Below are positions 1 through 10,739 of a DNA stretch of 64,000 nucleotides, one piece after another. The stretch is from positions 124,001 through 188,000 of the IMG/VR virus record IMGVR_UViG_3300008448_000001, one strand, 5' to 3'. The notes beneath the pieces were generated by a model. It ran no database searches. It was not told the DNA's origin and saw only the letters and a list, made by a program, of their open reading frames with translations. A program made the position numbers and the translations under genes. How positions within the stretch are numbered: the stretch's first letter is position 1; each line of letters begins with the position of its first letter.

Positions 1-561
1 ACACCTACGCTTCAGCCGTATACACGAGATACAGCTACGGCTGTTGGTTTGCCTATAACGGGAGCAGCCGTGGCCGGCAGGCCTACGCTGTATCGTTTTG
101 ACGTAAGTTCCTTAGACGATGACGACTACGTAATGGACGTAGCGAACCCTGTCGGGCGTTTCGTGGTACGTCTCAGTGACCCGGATTACTTCATTGCAAA
201 CGAGTGGTGGGAAATCGACATCCTGACTGATCCGGCCAGCGATCCACACAAGGTGCTTGTCGATGTCAATTACGGCGGCACAAACAACCTGCGGTACGAC
301 TTGGACGGTGTTCCGATCGAAGACGCGACCATTGAAGTTTTCCTTTACTCGATGTACATCGCAGGCAATAAAGACGGAACGTATCGCCTTCGAGATACCC
401 GGCAGCGTGCTAACGGTACTTGGGTTTTGCCCTTTTACTTAGATCCAGGCGTCTACGTTTTCCGTTACTACCGGTCAGGCGTTGCAGGGCCCGATGCGTT
501 CCGGGTCGTTGTCAGCTTTGATCCGTCCGAAATTTCTGTCACTAAACTGCCTAGCGCGTAG
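1..561 (+). CDS. Virion structural protein, 5'-partial
   Basis: Frame is open from base 1 to TAG at 559-561; beta-rich sequence; first gene of the structural run. Confidence 0.65.
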   Translation, partial: TPTLQPYTRDTATAVGLPITGAAVAGRPTLYRFDVSSLDDDDYVMDVANPVGRFVVRLSDPDYFIANEWWEIDILTDPASDPHKVLVDVNYGGTNNLRYDLDGVPIEDATIEVFLYSMYIAGNKDGTYRLRDTRQRANGTWVLPFYLDPGVYVFRYYRSGVAGPDAFRVVVSFDPSEISVTKLPSA

Positions 562-569
562 GAGTACCG

Positions 570-1556
570 ATGCCACTTGAGGGAACACCTGTAGAGTTGC
601 CTGTGCCCTTACCGGGAGCTGACTGCGAGCAACAGAACGTCATAAAACCTAAGCAGACCGTCGTAGATGGCTGTCCGGTTTTGCCTAAGTTGCAATGCCA
701 CGAAGTGCAGATGGGTCAGGCCGCAAGGCTGATATGGACTTTCAAAAATCCTGAAGGCCAACCGATCAACTTGCAAGACTGTGTCAACAACTGTGCAAGC
801 ATGTCGAGCCAAACTGCGGGAGACTTCGATGCCGTGGGAAACCCTGGTTGCGGCGTGGTCTTGCGTATGCGAGAGTTGTCCGGTTACGACCCGGTGAACG
901 ACCCGATTGTTCAGATCGAGGCGGAAATCTTGGACATGTCCGAGGGTGTTGTTCGCGCGAACGTTTTGCCAGATTCAATCGTAAGGGCTGCCGGAATATA
1001 TTTGGAAGAGTGGTCCTTTTTCGCTCCTGACGGCAGCATGCTTTTTAGCAACCAGTGTTGCACTTTCGTTCGGCGTGGTCTTTTCGGCGTTAGCAGCGAT
1101 TTGAACATGCGTAACGTCGGGCCTCCCACGTTGGAAGAAATACGTTTGTCGATCCGCGACAATAGCGGCGCTGATAACGTACTGTTGGATGATGTCGAAT
1201 TTGACTCCGCCGAAATCATCCAGTCCGTCATGCGACCACTGCAGTACTGGAACGAGATCCCGCCTCCGCTAAATCCGCTTTTAACGACAAAGAATTTCCC
1301 GTTCAGAGAACTTTGGTTGCAAGGCATTCAAGCTTATCTTTTCGACATTGCTGCGAACCACTACCGCAGAAATCAACTGGCTTACAGCGCGGGAGGCATG
1401 GCGATCGACGACAAGAACAAGGAACAGCAATACGTTGCAGCTAGCAACCGCATGCTGCAAATGTTCCAGGACAACGTCAAGGCGAAGAAGATCGAGATAA
1501 ACATAGCAGCTTTCAGCGGTGCTATCGGATCGCCATATTCCGGCCTTTTTTACTAG
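570..1556 (+). CDS. Putative neck / head-tail adaptor protein
   Basis: AGGAG RBS upstream; C-terminal helical domain (EIRLSIRD...NVLLDDVEF...YWNEIPP...NQLAYSAGG) resembles neck adaptors; lies upstream of sheath. Confidence 0.55.
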   Translation: MPLEGTPVELPVPLPGADCEQQNVIKPKQTVVDGCPVLPKLQCHEVQMGQAARLIWTFKNPEGQPINLQDCVNNCASMSSQTAGDFDAVGNPGCGVVLRMRELSGYDPVNDPIVQIEAEILDMSEGVVRANVLPDSIVRAAGIYLEEWSFFAPDGSMLFSNQCCTFVRRGLFGVSSDLNMRNVGPPTLEEIRLSIRDNSGADNVLLDDVEFDSAEIIQSVMRPLQYWNEIPPPLNPLLTTKNFPFRELWLQGIQAYLFDIAANHYRRNQLAYSAGGMAIDDKNKEQQYVAASNRMLQMFQDNVKAKKIEINIAAFSGAIGSPYSGLFY

Positions 1557-1563
1557 GTGAAAA

Positions 1564-2487
1564 ATGACGTTAAACGGCAGCACATCTCCCGGTGTCGACA
1601 ATTCCAGCGAGGTCAAGCAAAACCGCTACATTTCGTGCGAACCACGAGCGTGCCCGTCAACATGCGAAAGCGTGTTTGACATGGTGCACGTTTCTTACTT
1701 GATACGTGGTGGCACGCGTGTAATGTGGCAGCTCTTAGACAGCTTCAACGATTTGCAGCCTTGGGTTTTTCAGCTGCAAGCCGGTCAGACGGGTAACCCG
1801 GACGCCGACGATTGGACGGACATCGGTCTTGCCGTTGAGAACACGTGCTATGCGATAGACCCGCAGCAAAGATCTTTCACGCGGTCTCTGGCCACCTACT
1901 ATCGAGTAAAGGTTACGACACCGAACCAGACGTACTTTTCTAGTCCGGTCGCGCAGACCGGGATTTTGAACGTGCGGGATTGGCGAATAGCACGTGAAAT
2001 AGCGAGAAAAGAAAAGCTGCGGTTCATGTACACCGCACAGGACGGTTACCTTCTCAAACGAAGGCTTACAGGTGAAAACTGCCCTCGTTGCCTGGACCCG
2101 CAGACAATGGAGATCACCGATCCGTACTGCCCGCAGTGCTGGGGAACCGGCAAACTGTGCGGTTACTACTACCCGCTTGCCTGCGTCTGGGCCGACCTTC
2201 AACCAAGCTCAAGCAAGCTTAACATCGACGATCAATCTGTTCGTGGTACGGTGCAAGACGTTCGAATTAAGGCCCGGATGTTAATGCTTCCGATCATCGG
2301 CGAGCAAGACGTATGGGTGTCACGTAAAACCGACACGCGATATTACATCGAGGCCACACAAAACATTTTTGAAATGCGAGGGGTTCCGATAGTAGCAGAA
2401 GTCGTGCTTCGACCGGCTCCGGCTACGGACGTTGCCTATCGTATACCCATTCCACAGCAGGATGCTTGGCTCCAGGAGCGATGTTAA
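1564..2487 (+). CDS. Putative head-closure/neck protein with Zn finger
   Basis: CPRC...CPQCWGTG motif followed by a beta-rich domain; position in neck cluster. Confidence 0.5.
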   Translation: MTLNGSTSPGVDNSSEVKQNRYISCEPRACPSTCESVFDMVHVSYLIRGGTRVMWQLLDSFNDLQPWVFQLQAGQTGNPDADDWTDIGLAVENTCYAIDPQQRSFTRSLATYYRVKVTTPNQTYFSSPVAQTGILNVRDWRIAREIARKEKLRFMYTAQDGYLLKRRLTGENCPRCLDPQTMEITDPYCPQCWGTGKLCGYYYPLACVWADLQPSSSKLNIDDQSVRGTVQDVRIKARMLMLPIIGEQDVWVSRKTDTRYYIEATQNIFEMRGVPIVAEVVLRPAPATDVAYRIPIPQQDAWLQERC

Positions 2488-2699
2488 TGATTCCGGTCTC
2501 TCGCTTTTCACCGATGGGGTTGCGTGCGCCTCTAGGTTTGCCGCAGAATGACGAACACGCGAAAACATCGCACGTGGCAGAGAAAGCCAAGGAAAAGGAT
2601 AATACGAAAGGCAGAAATCCTTTTACTACCCGGCTGAGCATGCGAAAGTGGGATTACGATCCTTCGCAGGTGATTCAACAAATGGATAATCGCAAATGA
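2487..2699 (+). CDS. Small hypothetical protein
   Basis: TAATG coupling to previous gene and ATGA overlap with next. Confidence 0.5.
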   Translation: MIPVSRFSPMGLRAPLGLPQNDEHAKTSHVAEKAKEKDNTKGRNPFTTRLSMRKWDYDPSQVIQQMDNRK

Positions 2700-3421
2700 C
2701 AACGAACTGGTGCCCCACCCCTGACCCGCAGCCTTCAAAAGACAACTACGGAACGCAAAGCACCGTCGACATTCCTTTTTTGTGCGACAACGGTTGGCAA
2801 CCAATTCTCATAACGGGCTTTTTCCGCGACTTCCTTACGCGGCAATGGTCGGATGCGCAAAACATACTGACACCGGAGCTTCGCCAATATCTATGGAAAG
2901 AGCAAACTGATTCCGGTATATTGATCGAAACCGTTCACCGATGGCGGGGCGATATCGTTGAAAAACGCCCTGCGATCATGATAAAACGCAATTCGTACCG
3001 AAACTTGGCAATGGGTTTTTCCCACCAGATTCAAGGCGGAGGCTTGGCGGCTTATCAAACCGAAAAGGGGGCTATCAAGCGTTATGCCACACATTACGTT
3101 GGATCGCACACGCTTTTTTGCATACATCAGACAGGCGCTTCTGCGGACATGCTTGCAACTGAGGTCCAAAATCAGCTGATGGAGTTTTCGCCAATCGTGC
3201 GATCACACTTGAAGCTGAGACAATTTAGCGTGGCCGAGGTGGGAGCGATTCAAGAGCTAGAAGAGTCTACTGAAAATTACGTTGTACCCGTTACTGCCAG
3301 CTGGGCTTACGAGCACACTTGGGAGTTACGCGAAAAATCGCTACCACTGCAGGCTGTTTCACTATCCAGTTTCCTTGGCGAAAACGACATCTCGATGAGG
3401 AGCCGTTACCAAGGACCGTAA
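2696..3421 (+). CDS. Putative tail terminator/completion protein
   Basis: 241 aa gene directly before sheath; KRPAIMIKR and alpha/beta pattern typical of tail completion proteins; mainly synteny. Confidence 0.5.
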   Translation: MTTNWCPTPDPQPSKDNYGTQSTVDIPFLCDNGWQPILITGFFRDFLTRQWSDAQNILTPELRQYLWKEQTDSGILIETVHRWRGDIVEKRPAIMIKRNSYRNLAMGFSHQIQGGGLAAYQTEKGAIKRYATHYVGSHTLFCIHQTGASADMLATEVQNQLMEFSPIVRSHLKLRQFSVAEVGAIQELEESTENYVVPVTASWAYEHTWELREKSLPLQAVSLSSFLGENDISMRSRYQGP

Positions 3422-3439
3422 TTCAAAAACGAGGACACG

Positions 3440-6268
3440 ATGGCAACTTACGTTTTACCGCAAGTATTGGTTTACCAGGACTTCACTTCGCAACCTGCGG
3501 TTGCTGCTAATCCCTTGTGCGCTCACATCTCTGGTGGGCACGCACATCTCGTTCGTCAGTCGCAGAGCGACGAACGTGACGATGGTCGGTTAGGCCTTTA
3601 CGACAACGTTTCTGACAACGACTACGCTTGGCCCAACAAGCCCGCCGGAAGCCTGATCGACTCAAGCTACACCAAGCTGTACATCGAAAACGCGCTGTTG
3701 GCTTACTTCAGCGATGCGCTGAGTGCGGGTAGCGATGTGGAAGTTTTGAGCGGTTTCAAAAACCGCATCCGAGCGGCCTCCATCAATTTCGCATCCAGCG
3801 GAGCTTATGCGCGAGATCCGGATCTGTACGATCGTGATGTGAAAGTCGGCGACGTTATTCGAGTTCGCGGTGTGCCGACTGGCAGCGGAACGCTCGGGGA
3901 TCCGATCAACTTGTGGACTTACGTTCAGGCGTTGGTGGCGGATGCTTTGCCTGCGACTATCGCTCCTGCGACCATAGAGCCTTCTAACGCTGACACCCAG
4001 AGCTGCACACACTCTGTCACACAGACGGCAGGTCCGGTCAACTGCGTTTCGGCGACCGTCAACGGTTGCATTTACGACGGAACACCGGATGGTAAGATCA
4101 GCGAAACTTACACCGTCAAAGTCTTGGACAGCTCGGTTAACGGCGATCACACCACCGCTCGTTTACTTGTGCTTTCTGCCAGCGGTACCGACGATCAAGT
4201 CGACGTTGTCCCCTCGGCAAGCGGTTCGCCTACTGCAATTGGAAGTCGCGGGCTTACCTTGACTTTCTCGGATGCGGATACCGCCGCTTGTTCACTCTCG
4301 GCAGACAACTCCGGTGTCAGCTCGGATGACCTGATCGCGGGCCAAGAGTTCACCGTTGTAGTCAATCAAGCGTTTACGGCAACCACGGCTTTCTCCGACG
4401 GAACGTACAACAGTCGCGAAGACACGACCTACATCGTCACGGTGACCAAAGGCGGAAGCTTCGATACCTTGCCCGAGATCTCCGTTACGACCGTAGGTGG
4501 TACCGATCAAAGCGGGCCGCACGTGGTTACTGCGACTGGCGTAGATGTCAACATCGGTACGCGAGGGGTTATGATCGCGTTTGGCGCTTCCACCAAGTTG
4601 AACAAGGGCGATCGCTTTTACGTGCCCGTTCAAGGCATCAGCAACGGACCTGTTCGCACGATCGTACTGGGCCACAACCTCGACTCGACTTTTGCTTCCG
4701 GGGACGAGGTCGGCATCGACCTGTACATCCGAAAGCCTTTGCTCGAAGTCGAAGCCAACCGGACCGGCATGGCTCCGCTCACCAACTGGGAGCAGTCGGC
4801 TACTGAGTTCACCGTTAAGTCCGGTATCGTGGCCTATGACGCGAGCTGGACTGACAGCGGCGTTGCGCTGCCCTTGGAAGTTCGCTCGGCGGCAGAACTC
4901 GACTACGGAATCCTTTTCGTCGAGTATCGCGCTTGGTTGCCTACGCTGGCAAACCAGATCGGTGGCCTTTCGAACGTCGGCGATATCGACCAGATCAGCG
5001 GACCATTGACTCCCGACAACCCTCTGAAGTGGGGTGTTTTCCAAGGTGTGTCTAACAGCAACGGGACACCAGTCCTTTACACGGCTGTGACAGACCCGTC
5101 GAGTCTTGACGCTTGGGCGGAAGTGCTCGAGGTTGCTTTGACTCGCGATGACATCTACGGTCCCGTTCCACTCACGCGGGACGCGGCTGTTTTGAGCCTT
5201 TTCCAGGCACACGTGAACGGGGCTTCGTCGCCGACCGAGGCACAATGGCGTACGGGTTGGTTCAATCTTGCGGGAATTCCCGAGATTCCGATCGTTTCCG
5301 CTGGATCCTCGATTACCGGCTACATGACGGCCACGACAAACGACGGTCAAAACGCTTTAGCTGTGTTCGAAGATGACCCGTCTACCGGCGGCACGCAATA
5401 CACGATTTGCCGTGTACCTGCCGCCAACTCCGACTTCATTAAGAACGGGGTACGGGCAGGCGATATCGTGCGAGCCATCTACAACGGCGACGGTTTCGGT
5501 AATTTCACTTACAGCGAGTACATCGTCGAAGAAGTGCAATCTGAAAACCAGCTTCGGTTAGCAGCCGGTCCCGCAGCCCCGCAGACTGTACCTGCCAAGA
5601 TTGAAGTTTGGCGAAACTTGTCGCTGGATGAAGAGTCCACAGCCATCGCAAAGGTTGCGGGTGCTTACAACGATCGACGCATCCGAGCTGTTTGGCCGGA
5701 CAAAGTCGAGGGGGCGGGTCTGATTCAGGAAGGCTACTTCCTGAACTGTGCTCTTTCCGGGTTGGCGTCCGCAGTGTTGCCGCAGCAAGGTCTGACAAAC
5801 GTACAGATTACAGGGTTTTCTGCCGTTCCCCGTTCGACGCGGTTTAACAAACTGCAACTGGACAACATGGCAAAATCCGGAGTATGGATTGTCACGCAAA
5901 GTCGCGATGGAGAGATCTATACGCGACACGCGGTGACAACTGGCGACTACGAAGACATCAATCAACGCGAAGAGATGATCACACGCAACGTCGACAGTAT
6001 CAGTTATCGCGTCAAGGACTACTTCGCGCCTTGGATCGGTGTAACTAACGTCACACCTTCCATGCGGGATATCATCCTGGGCGGTGCCGACAAACTGTTC
6101 CGTCTGTTGAAGACCGAGCGATCCACGCCGCAGCTCGGCGGGCAGCTGATAGACGCAACAATTGACAGGTTCTTCATTTCGGAGGTCTTCAAAGATCGTT
6201 ATGTCCTGTATGCGACTTACACAGTACCGTACGCGACAAACAACATCGAAGTGCACCAGGTTGTTTAA
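3440..6268 (+). CDS. Tail sheath protein
   Basis: GAGGA RBS; N-terminal YVLPQVLV and sheath-type C-terminal domain (QLDNMAKSGVWIV...RHAVTT...EEMITRNVDSI...VPYATNNIEV). Confidence 0.85.
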   Translation: MATYVLPQVLVYQDFTSQPAVAANPLCAHISGGHAHLVRQSQSDERDDGRLGLYDNVSDNDYAWPNKPAGSLIDSSYTKLYIENALLAYFSDALSAGSDVEVLSGFKNRIRAASINFASSGAYARDPDLYDRDVKVGDVIRVRGVPTGSGTLGDPINLWTYVQALVADALPATIAPATIEPSNADTQSCTHSVTQTAGPVNCVSATVNGCIYDGTPDGKISETYTVKVLDSSVNGDHTTARLLVLSASGTDDQVDVVPSASGSPTAIGSRGLTLTFSDADTAACSLSADNSGVSSDDLIAGQEFTVVVNQAFTATTAFSDGTYNSREDTTYIVTVTKGGSFDTLPEISVTTVGGTDQSGPHVVTATGVDVNIGTRGVMIAFGASTKLNKGDRFYVPVQGISNGPVRTIVLGHNLDSTFASGDEVGIDLYIRKPLLEVEANRTGMAPLTNWEQSATEFTVKSGIVAYDASWTDSGVALPLEVRSAAELDYGILFVEYRAWLPTLANQIGGLSNVGDIDQISGPLTPDNPLKWGVFQGVSNSNGTPVLYTAVTDPSSLDAWAEVLEVALTRDDIYGPVPLTRDAAVLSLFQAHVNGASSPTEAQWRTGWFNLAGIPEIPIVSAGSSITGYMTATTNDGQNALAVFEDDPSTGGTQYTICRVPAANSDFIKNGVRAGDIVRAIYNGDGFGNFTYSEYIVEEVQSENQLRLAAGPAAPQTVPAKIEVWRNLSLDEESTAIAKVAGAYNDRRIRAVWPDKVEGAGLIQEGYFLNCALSGLASAVLPQQGLTNVQITGFSAVPRSTRFNKLQLDNMAKSGVWIVTQSRDGEIYTRHAVTTGDYEDINQREEMITRNVDSISYRVKDYFAPWIGVTNVTPSMRDIILGGADKLFRLLKTERSTPQLGGQLIDATIDRFFISEVFKDRYVLYATYTVPYATNNIEVHQVV

Positions 6269-6354
6269 ACGCCGCAGCAAAACCGACGAGAGGTTTGTTG
6301 CATCCCTTCAGTGATCAAACGTCCGCAGCTAGCTCTGCGGCATAAGAGGTAAAA

Positions 6355-6906
6355 ATGGCTGACGTATACGCAAGGCAGAGAACAGGGTTCGGAGGCTCTT
6401 TTGCTTCCGACTTGGCAGCGATGACAATCGCAGGAAGCACGACTCCGTTAGGTATCGTGCAGAACGTGCAGATTAACTTTTCGCAGCAAGTGGCACGCAT
6501 TTATGATGTTTCCAACGGCGGATCGGCCAACGCAGGCACGGGAGGTTTTGTGCCCGTGTTCTACGTTGGAGGCCGAACGCAAGGCAACGCCAGCATTGCT
6601 CGAGTGTTGGGCCCGCAGTCCGGCGCTTTGTGCGCTTTCTATGCTGAGATCGGAAACGTCTGCTCGCCGCAGGATCTGACGTTCACGTTTGCCGGGGGTT
6701 GCGGTCCTTCCGGGCAGGGTTCAAGTCCTACCCAGCCGATCGCTTTTAACACAGCAGTCGGTAACGCGGAGGCGAATTCCGTCAAGTACACGATTCAGGC
6801 CGCGACCATGGTTAACGTAACGGTCGGTGTCGCGGCGCAAGACATGATCGTGAATGAAAACATCGCGCTGATGTTTGCCAACTTGAGCTGCGACGAAATC
6901 GTGTAA
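6355..6906 (+). CDS. Tail tube protein
   Basis: 183 aa beta-rich gene immediately after sheath, GAGGT RBS, followed by a terminator. Confidence 0.7.
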   Translation: MADVYARQRTGFGGSFASDLAAMTIAGSTTPLGIVQNVQINFSQQVARIYDVSNGGSANAGTGGFVPVFYVGGRTQGNASIARVLGPQSGALCAFYAEIGNVCSPQDLTFTFAGGCGPSGQGSSPTQPIAFNTAVGNAEANSVKYTIQAATMVNVTVGVAAQDMIVNENIALMFANLSCDEIV

Positions 6907-6928
6907 GCGGAAACTACGATGGCAATTT

Positions 6929-6966
6929 AAGGCTAGCTCAGGTAAAAATGAGCTAGCCTTTTTTAT
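6929..6966 (+). terminator. Rho-independent terminator
   Basis: 12 bp perfect stem AAGGCTAGCTCA/TGAGCTAGCCTT, 8 nt loop, T run. Confidence 0.85.
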
Positions 6967-7053
6967 TGAGCGACGCTGCGGCGGCCAAATTGCGTTAAAA
7001 TGCGGTTTTAAGTCCGGCCAGCCCCAAACGCACCGCAAGGTGAGATACCGTAA

Positions 7054-9861
7054 ATGTCACTACCTTGGAACTCCGCGCAGAACGTTAACAGCCAACCCGC
7101 CGTATTGAATGCCAAGCAGACAGGGGCGGCTCCCAGCGATTACGCCTTTCTTTACAGCCTCTTCTCTCGAGTTCAAGAGGCTACTTCTGTCGTACAGCAG
7201 TCGATCACAGGTACGGTAGCGGAAGACCCAAAAAAGCTTGCGGTGGTGCAGAACCATACGTTCCAGCAAGACACTCCGCTTCGAATGGGTAAAGTTCTTT
7301 TCGCCATACCTTACTTGCATTGTTATGTTGTGCAGTTGGCGGGTAGGCAAGGCAAATGCATGGCCGTAGCCAGTGGGCACAATGCCATGACGCCCTTAGG
7401 TGTTCGAAGCGGAGAAGTCATTCCGCCGAATTCAAACGTCATTCTGTGGAAACCGAAGAGCTCATTCCTGGCTTATATTATGGGTACAGTGCCCTCGCCG
7501 CTGTGGTCTGACTTTTACAGCCCGGCTGAGATCCTGCAGCAAGGCGGCAACACGGGTATCAAGCAGATTCCGGCTTACGTTAATCTGATCAATTCGTCGA
7601 CGGACGGTTTGGGTGTCAGGGCCCACACAGCCGGAAGGCCTCTAGACGGAACCGTTGGCGAATACGTTCGAATGTCGGAGACAGGTATTGGCTTGCTAAT
7701 TGACTCGTTCCAGGCTTACTTGCGAGTGAACGAAGCGACCGGGCTTTTCCTCAACTATTTCGACGACTACGCCAAGCTTTCCGGCGTTTCGCTCGATGTT
7801 CAATCTTATGCAACGCACGTTTCTCAGCGACTAGACGAGGGTGAAATTTACTCTCGCATCGGGCACGCCATCTACCCTTGGGAAGCTACCGGCATGTACG
7901 GGCCGGATGCCAACTTCACAAGTAGTAATGACCCGGCTAAAGTTCAGCTCGACCGTGATTTTCCGCTCGCCGAGATAGACGTGAACAATCCAGGTCAAAC
8001 CCCGATTCATCGTTTGACCGAGTACGGCGGATACCTGGGACAAGGCTATCAGCGGATGTTGATGCGTCCGTCAAAGACCAGCGGCATTCGAGTTGCGACC
8101 GATGCAGCGTCGAATGTGGATACGGGTCTTTTCCACGAGATGTTGAGCTTGGACGGAAGTTACGGCGTCCGCACTGCTAAGAGTTACTCAATCGTCAAGT
8201 ATCCTGCAATTCCTGTCCCGCAGGAGCTTCGAAAGCCGGAGGACGCGAAAGGCGACGACCTTGCCGAGAATAACAACTACCGTTTCAGTGGAGTATACGG
8301 TAGCGGCGACGAGCACAAGGTTCGAGACTGGGACGATTCGTCTGTAACCGACGTGCCGTCAATTCTCAGGGCTGCGGGCGTGATGGACATGCTATCGCAC
8401 CAGTTCAACTGGAAAGGTACGCATGCCTTTGCTTACCATGCGAAAGATTACCATTACCCGCAGGAAAAGAACGGGGGTAGTGTTCTGGCCGCGGGTGTCG
8501 AGTTTTATCGCGGCAGCATGTCTCAAGCGTACGTGCAGGTAGAACCGAAAAAGCTGGAGATCGACAAGCGATACGGCGACTCAAACTACTACAACACCAT
8601 GTCTTTTTTCCGGCTCGAAGAAGACGGAAGCGTGATCATCGCAGACGGTTTTGGTTCGCAGCTAACCATGACCGGCGGGCAGATCCGGCTGGAGGCAGGT
8701 GGCGACGTAATGATACTGTCCGGGTCCCGTGCAATCACCATGGCCGATGATGTGATTTTGCGTGCCCGATCTAACGTAGACGTGTCCGCAAGTGACAAAG
8801 ACGTCCGCATCAAGGCGGAAAACAACATACAGGTACTGGCCGGGAATGGCGGTTATGGTGGTATCTTGCTAGAAACGAAGGGGCAGGGAACGTCTCAGAA
8901 TTACCAACAAAAGATTGGCGAAGAGGTGCAATCCGCAGGCATCACGTTGTTAGCCAAAGGCTCTGCGGTTAACGCTATTTCGCAAGACAATTACATCCGC
9001 ACCGGTGTCACGAAAGAGGTCGCCGAAGGCTACGGTACGTTTATTGTGGACTGCGGCAGTGGTCGCGGCGATTGTATCAACTACGCCAGACAGCACGTTT
9101 TTGTGAACAGCATAGGACTGGGTATCTACCATAGCGCACCGGGCCAAGGCGAAGCGACCATCAACAAGTCGCACTTCTTCGGCCCGTCTTTTTCAAAGAT
9201 AAACGGCCCAACGGTATTTACTAAGAACGTTGTCATCACCGAGAACGGCGCACTTGGCGTCGAGGGGAGCGTTTACTCGAAGGGCCAGATCTTCGCTCTG
9301 CGAGCCATGGCCTGTTACAAAGGGCGAGTTGGCGACAGCTCGCAGGGAGAGACTCCGACAGCAATTCGGGACTTTATCGACGCGTACGAAGAAGCAGTTC
9401 CTAAATTCAATACCGCCGGACAGACGGCAATACAGTATCTGCAAGAAAGAGTGTGGGCCGAGAACCGTGTAGGTAATAACACGTTCCTGTTGGACGAGGT
9501 CGGATTTTCGTACCGTGACAACAGTCAAAGCGGAAACGCTTACGGGTACGCAGAAGGCAAGTTTTTCTTGCTGGAAACGCGTTGGCAGCAGCTTGATCGG
9601 ATGGGGCTGACGCAGGTCTCGTCTTCGACTTGGCAAGAGAACCCCGTGTTCTACCAAGGAAATAGCCTGTATCCTTGGCCCGGAAAGAAAAACTGGGCTG
9701 GTGACGAGACGTTTTTAGCTTACAGTAACACCGACGATTTTGTGGTTTTTGACAAGGGTGCGAAAGCCGCTAAGGACCGTGACGCGAGTCAAACGGATTA
9801 CGAGTCGCCTGTGTTTAAACCTTGGAAGCAACGTGTCTGCGATGGCAATTACAAACTATAG
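7054..9861 (+). CDS. Baseplate spike / gp5-VgrG-like protein
   Basis: OB-like N-terminal region; beta-helix-like stretch (RLEEDGSVII...IRLEAGGDVMILSG...VRIKAENNIQV). Confidence 0.55.
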   Translation: MSLPWNSAQNVNSQPAVLNAKQTGAAPSDYAFLYSLFSRVQEATSVVQQSITGTVAEDPKKLAVVQNHTFQQDTPLRMGKVLFAIPYLHCYVVQLAGRQGKCMAVASGHNAMTPLGVRSGEVIPPNSNVILWKPKSSFLAYIMGTVPSPLWSDFYSPAEILQQGGNTGIKQIPAYVNLINSSTDGLGVRAHTAGRPLDGTVGEYVRMSETGIGLLIDSFQAYLRVNEATGLFLNYFDDYAKLSGVSLDVQSYATHVSQRLDEGEIYSRIGHAIYPWEATGMYGPDANFTSSNDPAKVQLDRDFPLAEIDVNNPGQTPIHRLTEYGGYLGQGYQRMLMRPSKTSGIRVATDAASNVDTGLFHEMLSLDGSYGVRTAKSYSIVKYPAIPVPQELRKPEDAKGDDLAENNNYRFSGVYGSGDEHKVRDWDDSSVTDVPSILRAAGVMDMLSHQFNWKGTHAFAYHAKDYHYPQEKNGGSVLAAGVEFYRGSMSQAYVQVEPKKLEIDKRYGDSNYYNTMSFFRLEEDGSVIIADGFGSQLTMTGGQIRLEAGGDVMILSGSRAITMADDVILRARSNVDVSASDKDVRIKAENNIQVLAGNGGYGGILLETKGQGTSQNYQQKIGEEVQSAGITLLAKGSAVNAISQDNYIRTGVTKEVAEGYGTFIVDCGSGRGDCINYARQHVFVNSIGLGIYHSAPGQGEATINKSHFFGPSFSKINGPTVFTKNVVITENGALGVEGSVYSKGQIFALRAMACYKGRVGDSSQGETPTAIRDFIDAYEEAVPKFNTAGQTAIQYLQERVWAENRVGNNTFLLDEVGFSYRDNSQSGNAYGYAEGKFFLLETRWQQLDRMGLTQVSSSTWQENPVFYQGNSLYPWPGKKNWAGDETFLAYSNTDDFVVFDKGAKAAKDRDASQTDYESPVFKPWKQRVCDGNYKL

Positions 9862-9869
9862 GACCGAAC

Positions 9870-10739
9870 ATGAGTAATAGTTTTGAGGCGGAAAAAGAAC
9901 TACTGGCTGCGGTAGCCAAGTCGCAGGGAATTACTGTCGAACAGCTGCTTGAGCAGCAAGGTAAGACCGTTGCGAAGCCGACAAGCGAAGATTCGACGGT
10001 TGTTTTCAGCGAGGTTCCCTCGCCGATCGCGGAGACAGCCACGTTGGCACCGGCAGATCCCACCGTCACTTTCGTGCCAAATCTCCCGGACTTGGCACCG
10101 CCGCCGCCGGCTGCCGTAGAAGAAAGCGTTTCGGAAACCTCGGCGGCCTCCGTCGCACCTATCTGTACGCATTGCGGCTGGGATCAGCGACGCCCTCCGC
10201 TTGATCCGCCTGACAAGCAGGACAAACTGGTTTTCCTCGCAACCGTACTCGGACAAAAGGTTTTCACCAAGGACTACAGCACGCTTGGCGGCAAACTGAA
10301 AATGTCTTTTCGCGGTCTGACAGTGCAAGAGCTTGACGCCCTGTACACTTCGGCCTACCGGGAGCAGCGAGCGGGACGCATTGAATCCACACAAGAGTAT
10401 TACGACTATCTGAATCGGCAGCGTCTTTTCCTGCAGCTTCAAACTTTAAATGCTTCGGCTAGCGCGATGCATTTTGTGCTTCCAGACGGCTTGTCGAAAA
10501 AAACAAACAAGCTGTGCGGAATAGATTGGGAAGATTTCTTGAAGGACAAGGCGGAATACGACGCGGAGGATGAACTGATTCCGCAGATTGAAGCATACGT
10601 GCTTAAGGAAGTCTTGTGCACTGAGCATTTGCAACGAATTGTTTCCCACTACTGCGCTAAGTTCAATCAGCTGGTGGCCAAGTTGGAGGTTTGCATAGAC
10701 GACGAAAATTTTTGGAAAGAGACCGCGACGCCGCTCTAA
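9870..10739 (+). CDS. Tail assembly chaperone (G-type)
   Basis: Two genes upstream of tape measure; slippery A AAT TTT near 3' end; CxxC motif. Confidence 0.65.
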   Translation: MSNSFEAEKELLAAVAKSQGITVEQLLEQQGKTVAKPTSEDSTVVFSEVPSPIAETATLAPADPTVTFVPNLPDLAPPPPAAVEESVSETSAASVAPICTHCGWDQRRPPLDPPDKQDKLVFLATVLGQKVFTKDYSTLGGKLKMSFRGLTVQELDALYTSAYREQRAGRIESTQEYYDYLNRQRLFLQLQTLNASASAMHFVLPDGLSKKTNKLCGIDWEDFLKDKAEYDAEDELIPQIEAYVLKEVLCTEHLQRIVSHYCAKFNQLVAKLEVCIDDENFWKETATPL

